Below, piece by piece: positions 58,037-64,000 of a stretch of 64,000 bases of DNA. The stretch spans positions 1,178,001-1,242,000 of the forward strand of contig NW_027191453.1 in NCBI RefSeq assembly GCF_011745625.1. The letters run 5' to 3'. The notes under the pieces were generated by a model. That model made no database searches, was not told the DNA's origin, and saw nothing but the letters and a program-made list of their open reading frames with translations. The position numbers were made by a program, and so were the translations under genes. Position 1 is the stretch's first letter; each line of letters begins with the position of its first letter. This stretch comes from Cladosporium halotolerans (Eukaryota).

Positions 58037-60555
58037 CTATCCCTCTTCGGCACCCCGACCGAGCAGTTCGTCGATCATTTCTGGATCTCCCTTCATCAAG
58101 GCAGTATAGAATGGGGCCAATCCGTTGAAGTCGGCCTTGTTCGGGTCCGCTCCTGCATTCAAGAGCAGCTTCACCACGTCCAGATGGCCGCGGGGATGGC
58201 GCCGTGTACAGCTGTGCCTCCGAACCGGCTGCCCGGGGCGTCGAGGTGCGCGCCTTCAGCTATCAGAAGCTTGACTACGCCTGCTAACCCGAACGAAGAG
58301 GCGTAGTAAAGCGAAGTGGCAAATGGCGGGTACGACTTCCATTGGCCGTCGTCGCCGTTCAGGATCTGAACCCAGGACATGAACGTAGAGCGACTGAGAG
58401 GGCTGAAGAAATCCATCATGCCGGGCTCGATCGCTTCGATCTCTGGACAAGCTCTGGCGTAGTATGGCCATGATCTTGCGGCGTGATCGGCTAACGGATA
58501 GTTCGCAAGGCGGTCTTCATAGTCTTCGGCCGATTGACACGGACCTTTGGCGAACTCCTTGAATCTGAGATAGGCCAGACAAAAACGAGTCAGCTGCAGG
58601 TTGCCGGTATCCTTCGACAAAGCAAAGACACTGGTGCCAGGATTTCCGCGGATCTCATCAGACATAAGGTAATCTTTGACTGATTGGTGTGCAAGACTCA
58701 GGAGGCCTTGGGTAGAAATCGTTACCAAGCTCCCACATAGCGTGAGGACGTCTTGCGGCTCGTTCAGCCGATCTTCCTCGTCCAAGCATTCGCTGGTCAG
58801 ATCTATAGCGATCGCTTCGTGAACTTCCTCTAGCGTCATGGCCGAGATTGAGAACGACAGCCAAAGCAGTGTCCTACGAACAAACTCGATGCACCCGGCC
58901 GGTATTCGGAGGAGGATCCGAGCATATGTTTCGTGAAGGCCGGCCGGTAACGATACCAGAGCCTGCCGGATTTGCTTGCCGGTAGGCATCGAAGATATCG
59001 TATCGAGCTGGCAGTGTGTCCACCTGAACATGCCTGCGGACTGACCACGAAGTGAGTCCAAGATGTCGTCTCTGAGGTTCGGGTTCAGGCGCTGCAGCCT
59101 TTCGGATGCCAATCGGTTCTGAATGTAGAGTTCGATGTCGTGACCCATCTGCTCTCCTAGGTCGTCTAGTCTCAGATGTGAGAACGAATCCAACCGCCTC
59201 TGAATCTCTGGAAGGTCCCTGCTTGTAACAAACAATCGGGATCGAGTCTGGTCCCGAATGGCTGTGAGAACATCGCATAGTCTATTAGTGTCTTCGCACT
59301 CGTCCAAGGCATCGACAATCAGAATCACGTCATATCGCTTTCCAAAGAAAGTGATCGCCTCTTGAAGTACTTTCGGAGTCGGTTTGGTGCTCTGCGGAGT
59401 TGCATGCGCTTCATTGAATGCTTTTTGAAGGCCTTCTGGCACGTCTTCTGATTGTATGCAGCACTGCGCTACAAGGGAGCCCAACGCATCGACAGCATCA
59501 CAAGATCCCTGACGGCGGGAATCGCAGTAGAAATACGCGACAAGGTCGGACTGCGTACAGGCTTTTTGTTGCATAACGTTTATCATTTTGGAGCTGAGTG
59601 ATGGCTGATCAGTAATAGTTACAGAGAAGATAATGATAGGCCTACCTGAGAACCGTTTTTCCAGCGCCGGCTATGCTCATCGATCAGCACGTAATCACTC
59701 CATTAGTACCGTGTATAATACTCACGGCCGCCCGAAAGCCAGAGGCCAGTCAATCTAAAGTCCGTGAATTGCTTGACTTCTTTCGTGGATTGGAGCCAGT
59801 CACCAGTCCCTGGTGTAGAGCAATCGAGCGCACTCTGGTGGCTGTCTTCTGTCTTAGTATGGCAGATCCATTGCAATAGCCTTCGAAAATCGTCATCTGA
59901 TGAACATTAGCAGTCTATTCGTGTGCTTGCTCGCATGAAGTCGCTACCTCTTTGCGCGAGTTGCAAGGTCTCATCTAGAGATTGCACCCTGCATTCTAAT
60001 GATGCGTTCAGAGATTGTATGCTCAGCAGAATCGTCCTGCGCAAGACCTTTAGTTCACAGGCTTTCCGTCTAGTGGGCTCACCATACACACGGCGTGTTC
60101 ACTTACGTTAGATCTGCGGAAAGGGCCAGAGCCAAAGTCGACTTGCACTTCTCGAGCCTCTTTAGGTAGGCTTTCGCGTCGGAGTCCTTCAGCCGCCAGC
60201 CTAGACTTCCGATCAAAGCATATCGTCTCGTCCCAGGCTTCCCAGCGTACTTCGAAGGCAGCAAGAGCTTTCGCAGGGCATGCAGCTCCTGCTCGCAGGC
60301 GATCAGAGGAGAGCTGCCTGATGCACACAGCAGTTTCATGGCATCTCCGCTCTTAGTGGACGTCGCGTCTTGCTCGGCTGCTATCTTTTCCAGCCTTTCC
60401 AGCATAGAGCGGAGATCTATCACCTGGTCCAGGACCCGGCTAAGAGACCACGGACGGCCTTTGCGCGCCGCTCTGAAGTCGTAGCAGATGGTGATGACAT
60501 CGTGCGCTGCTTGCAGGACGGTGATGATGTTCGCGCACAAGCTTAAGGGATCCAT
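58037..60555 (-). pseudogene. NLR-like STAND protein (HeLo-like N-terminus / NACHT / winged helix / ankyrin) with a 1-nt frameshift in the ankyrin region; pseudogene or assembly error
   Basis: MDPLSLCANIITVLQ helical N-domain, PGTGDW, Walker A GGPGAGKT, Walker B LIVDALDEC, GMFRW, LPAGLHETYARIL and LAHQSVKDYL, then ankyrin repeats. Exons are 60555-60107, 60036-59948, 59896-59726, 59670-59646 and 59593-58037. The frame breaks at 58192-58195. Confidence 0.8.
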
Positions 60556-61063
60556 GATTCTTGCTCATGCTGGTAAGGTATAATCAAGTGAGCAATGGGA
60601 AATGCGGTACATTTACAGTTAAATGCCGTGGATATAGTAAGCAACTCTAGATGTGCACCTGTATGCACTGCGCCATGCTCCGTCGATGCCGACGCAGGTC
60701 CCTAGTCCCAGCTTGGGCTGCACCGAAGCATCACAAGCTGCTGCGCCATTTGCGCTGTCGAACCAGTCATCAGACGGTGTTCTAGGACAGGAAGGATTCC
60801 AAAATGTGTTGGAATCTGCAAGTCTGCGGATCGCGCTCGAACCTTAATTCCGATTCCGTAACTTTCGATGTCCTGAGCCCGACACAATAATAAGCACTTT
60901 GCATTCATGAGGTTGCATACGTTGAGTGTACAAGACGAACAAACCCTTCACTAATGAGTTTAAGATCCATGAAACCCATCGTACAGACAGCTACATGCAA
61001 AAGGGGGAATATCCTCCGCCGCCGCAGAACTCGTCAATCAAGCCATCGACAAGATTACCATCA

Positions 61064-61086
61064 AAAGCAAAGCAAAGCAAGCAAAG
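61064..61086. repeat. (AAAGC)n microsatellite, about 4.5 copies
   Basis: Read directly: aaagcaaagcaaagcaagcaaag. Confidence 0.6.
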
Positions 61087-61346
61087 CGGCGAGGCTACCT
61101 AATTACAAACAAACAGGGGACACATGCGTACAATTTCGTAAAGACCGGACAAAAACACAAAATGGAAAACACTCTCCTCTCTCCCTTCTCCCTCCCCCTC
61201 GCTTTCTCACCGACATCCTCCACCCGCCGCGCAAAAGTCGTAGTACATGATCTCGTGCTCCCGTCGTATTGAGCCGTAGCATTACTTCCTCCGCTCTTCT
61301 CGTCAACTCAGCTTTCCATCCCCTTTCTCTATTCAGAGAAAGAGAA

Positions 61347-64000
61347 TCACAACTCATCGTGCTTCACATCCTCCTGCTCACCAGCGACAGCCTCAGTGGC
61401 CTTCGCCGCGAACTCGCCCATTCTGCTCCTCGCGCTCTCAACCGCATCCGAGATCCTGCTCGCGGCGCTCTCCATAGCGCCCTGCTCGGCCTCACCGTAC
61501 AGCGCGCTGCTGATCGCTTCGCGGGCCGCTTCGACCTGCTCCGCGACGGCGGCGGTGGCGGCTTGCACGGGGCCCGTAGAGGTGCCGAAGAGGGCTTCGG
61601 AGATGGCGCGCGAGGCGGACTCGGCGGCCACGCCGATGTTGCTCTGCGCTGCTTCGGCGTAGCCGGTTTCCGTGCCGTAGATTGCGTCGCTGGCGGAGGA
61701 GTAGGCGGAGGAGGCGGCGGAGGAGGCTTGTTCGTAAGAGCCTGGGGGGAGGTTAGTATTGCTTTGCCAGGGTTGGAGTGTTTGGGGTGATGGTGACTTA
61801 CCCTTGCTGGTGCCGTAGACTTGGGCACTGGCGGCGTCCACGGCGCTCTCGATCTGCTCTGCGACGGAGTCGAGGACAGCCTCGATGGTCGGAGGCGGGG
61901 TCCACACGCTGGATACAACGGAGGAAGCACTCTGGTAAGCATCCTCAGCGTAGCTCGAAGCGGCGGAAGCGAAGTCAGGGGCGCCAGTGTGGTATGCGGA
62001 GTGGAGACGGCTCATGACAGACTCGGTGAACTCAGGCTCGCGTTCGCTGATGAGCTCGGAGAACAGCGACTGGACAGCTTCGTACTGGAAGACGGCGCCC
62101 TCGGTTGCTTGAGCGTACACGGAGGAAGCTGAGCTGTAGACCGCGTCGGTGAAAGGCGGAGGTTGACCGTAGATCTGGTCGCTTGCTTGGGCAATGAGAG
62201 ACTCCCAGTTCTCCTCGGCGCGAGAAGCCATTGACTCCATGAAAGGAGTCTGCGAGCCGAAGATGGCAGTGCTGGCAGCTGAAGCAGCCTGGTCGTAGGC
62301 GGCAGGAGTCGTGCCGTAGATAGCATCGTGCGCATAGGTAGACGCGTACATCATTTGAGAGGAGGCAGCAGCGACGGCGGCTTCGTACTGAGCCTGCGCT
62401 TCCGCGACCACAGACTCAATAGGGGACTTGCTGGTTGCACCAGCTGCCGATCGGGCCTTGTTGGTCAGATCGTCGAGGTTCGCACTCGCAGCAGAGACCG
62501 CAGAGCTGTAGGAAGCCTGTGCGGCGTTGATATAAGCTTGGTAAGCCGGGGTCTGGTAGGCGCTGGTGGCCGAGGCGAACTGGCTCGAAGCGGCAGAGGA
62601 GGCGGCATCGTATTGCGAAGCGATGGCATCGAGGGCCTCCTGAGCGGGAGACTTGGATGTCACGCCCGCGGCCGAAGTTGCGGAAGCGTATAGGTCCTGC
62701 ATTTGAGAGCTGGCAGCAGCGACGGCAGCTTCGTAAGTGCTCTGAGCGGCTGCAACATACGCCTGCCAGCCGGTAGTCGGAGTAGCACCGACGGCGCTGC
62801 TCGCTGCACCAACGAAGGAAGAGTACTGATCGTGGGCGTAGCCAATACCTTGGTAGTAAGCTTGCTGGGCGTTAGCCAGGTACGCCTGGTGAGCGGGAGT
62901 CGGCTCTGCCCCAACAGCAATCTTGGCGCTCTGGTATTGAGCAGAAGCTGCGGACAGTCCTTCGGCGAGACGAGACGCGGCAATGGCGCTGATGCTCTCG
63001 TAAGCGTCTTCGACCTTTTCGAAGACAGGGGGCGTGGTGGGGACAGCTTCGGCGGCAACACTGTACCTTTCGCTTGCGGCGGAGACAGCATCCGAATACG
63101 CAGACTTGGCTGATTGGAACATCTCGCGGTGGATGGGTCTAGCGGTGCCACCCATCTGTTCGTAGATACGAGACTTGGCAGCATCGTAGTGAGACTTCGC
63201 CTGAGCGCTCGCCTCCTGGTAGCGAGAGGCAGCATCAATGGCAAGGCTTTCCGTTACTTGAGCAGCCTGCTCAGCAGCGACAGAGGCAGCAGAGCTAGCG
63301 GAAGAGGCAGCTCCGACGGGTGAAGGAGTACCGTAGATGGCGTACGAGGCGGCCGTCACGGCAGATTGATATTGCTCCTTGATAGCTTGAGTACCTTCGG
63401 CTTGAGCACCGAAGAGAACACTGCTTGCGGCGCTCCTGGCACTCTCGTATTGCTCACTTGCGACAGAGGAAGCGCTCTCGACGCTGCCCTGAGTAGAGGT
63501 AGCAGGCCTGATAGCATCCTGGATGGCCTGGGTGAGACGCGCACCTTGGTCCAGGACGTCGTCAGCCAACTCTCGGAGACGCTCATTGTAATCTTCAGTA
63601 TCCTCGTCAAGGTCATCATCTAAGATGGGGCCACTGGAGGATGGGACAGCCTGAGCCATTGCACCACCCCAGACCTTCGAGGAAGCGGTGGCACTGGCCG
63701 AAGACGCCTCCTCAACAATATCAGAAGCGAAATCAGAGGCCTCGGAAGCAACAGAGGAAGCGCTGGAAGCACCCTCAGTGGCGATGGAAGAAGCACCGCT
63801 ACTGATATCATCCTTTGCTGAGCGCCCGGAAGCAATGACACTGGCTGCCTGGGGGTCAAGGCTGCTCGAAGCATCGGAGACGGCGGAAGAAGCAGACGAG
63901 GCAAGGCTCTCATGTGCAGGCGTCTCTGAGCCAACAACCGCCTCAGACGCGGAGGATGCGGCGTCGGTCAAAGAGTCGGAGAGGGAAGACTCGGTACCAA
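61347..64000 (-). CDS. C-terminal part of a large Ala/Ser-rich ER-retained protein (ends KHDEL; She10-like family suspected); 5' end outside the window
   Basis: Open frame to the window edge, with KVWGGAMAQAVP...PILD, repeated S.A...Y..A..AAS.A.YG units and a C-terminal HDEL. Probable 60-nt intron at 61801-61742 (GTAAGT...ACTAAC...CAG). Confidence 0.82.
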   Translation of the reverse strand, partial: GTESSLSDSLTDAASSASEAVVGSETPAHESLASSASSAVSDASSSLDPQAASVIASGRSAKDDISSGASSIATEGASSASSVASEASDFASDIVEEASSASATASSKVWGGAMAQAVPSSSGPILDDDLDEDTEDYNERLRELADDVLDQGARLTQAIQDAIRPATSTQGSVESASSVASEQYESARSAASSVLFGAQAEGTQAIKEQYQSAVTAASYAIYGTPSPVGAASSASSAASVAAEQAAQVTESLAIDAASRYQEASAQAKSHYDAAKSRIYEQMGGTARPIHREMFQSAKSAYSDAVSAASERYSVAAEAVPTTPPVFEKVEDAYESISAIAASRLAEGLSAASAQYQSAKIAVGAEPTPAHQAYLANAQQAYYQGIGYAHDQYSSFVGAASSAVGATPTTGWQAYVAAAQSTYEAAVAAASSQMQDLYASATSAAGVTSKSPAQEALDAIASQYDAASSAASSQFASATSAYQTPAYQAYINAAQASYSSAVSAASANLDDLTNKARSAAGATSKSPIESVVAEAQAQYEAAVAAASSQMMYASTYAHDAIYGTTPAAYDQAASAASTAIFGSQTPFMESMASRAEENWESLIAQASDQIYGQPPPFTDAVYSSASSVYAQATEGAVFQYEAVQSLFSELISEREPEFTESVMSRLHSAYHTGAPDFASAASSYAEDAYQSASSVVSSVWTPPPTIEAVLDSVAEQIESAVDAASAQVYGTSKGKSPSPQTLQPWQSNTNLPPGSYEQASSAASSAYSSASDAIYGTETGYAEAAQSNIGVAAESASRAISEALFGTSTGPVQAATAAVAEQVEAAREAISSALYGEAEQGAMESAASRISDAVESARSRMGEFAAKATEAVAGEQEDVKHDEL

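Overview
Gene-dense, intron-containing, GC-rich eukaryotic DNA from a filamentous ascomycete (Pezizomycotina). A Dothideomycete is my inference from gene content and intron signals. I can support about 23 protein-coding genes and one intron-containing tRNA-Trp(CCA). The housekeeping genes are SltA/Ace1, Ipa1/UBE3D-like, Erg26, a Zn2Cys6 factor, an annexin, a 12-knuckle CCHC protein, class I chitin synthase, Ltp1, Cox9, mitochondrial mL58, Arp1 and an HDEL-ended ER protein. The most interesting region is a three-gene, immunity-like island at about 55.0-60.6 kb. It holds a DUF6590-like gene, a HET-S-like HeLo gene and a HeLo-like/NACHT/ankyrin NLR with a 1-nt frameshift in its ankyrin repeats. 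The HeLo gene has CTG where its ATG should be and ends in an unfamiliar two-repeat, amyloid-like motif (QxN...FQG), and the DUF6590-like protein carries a similar QxN segment. Other leads are a candidate intronic H/ACA RNA in IPA1 whose guide pocket matches U2 snRNA, four of four stop-free 3n introns in sltA, a duplicated micro-exon in the annexin, and a hairpin cluster in the Zn2Cys6 leader. All family calls come from motif recognition by eye, with no database searches. Exon boundaries are inferred from GT/AG, branch sites and reading frame.
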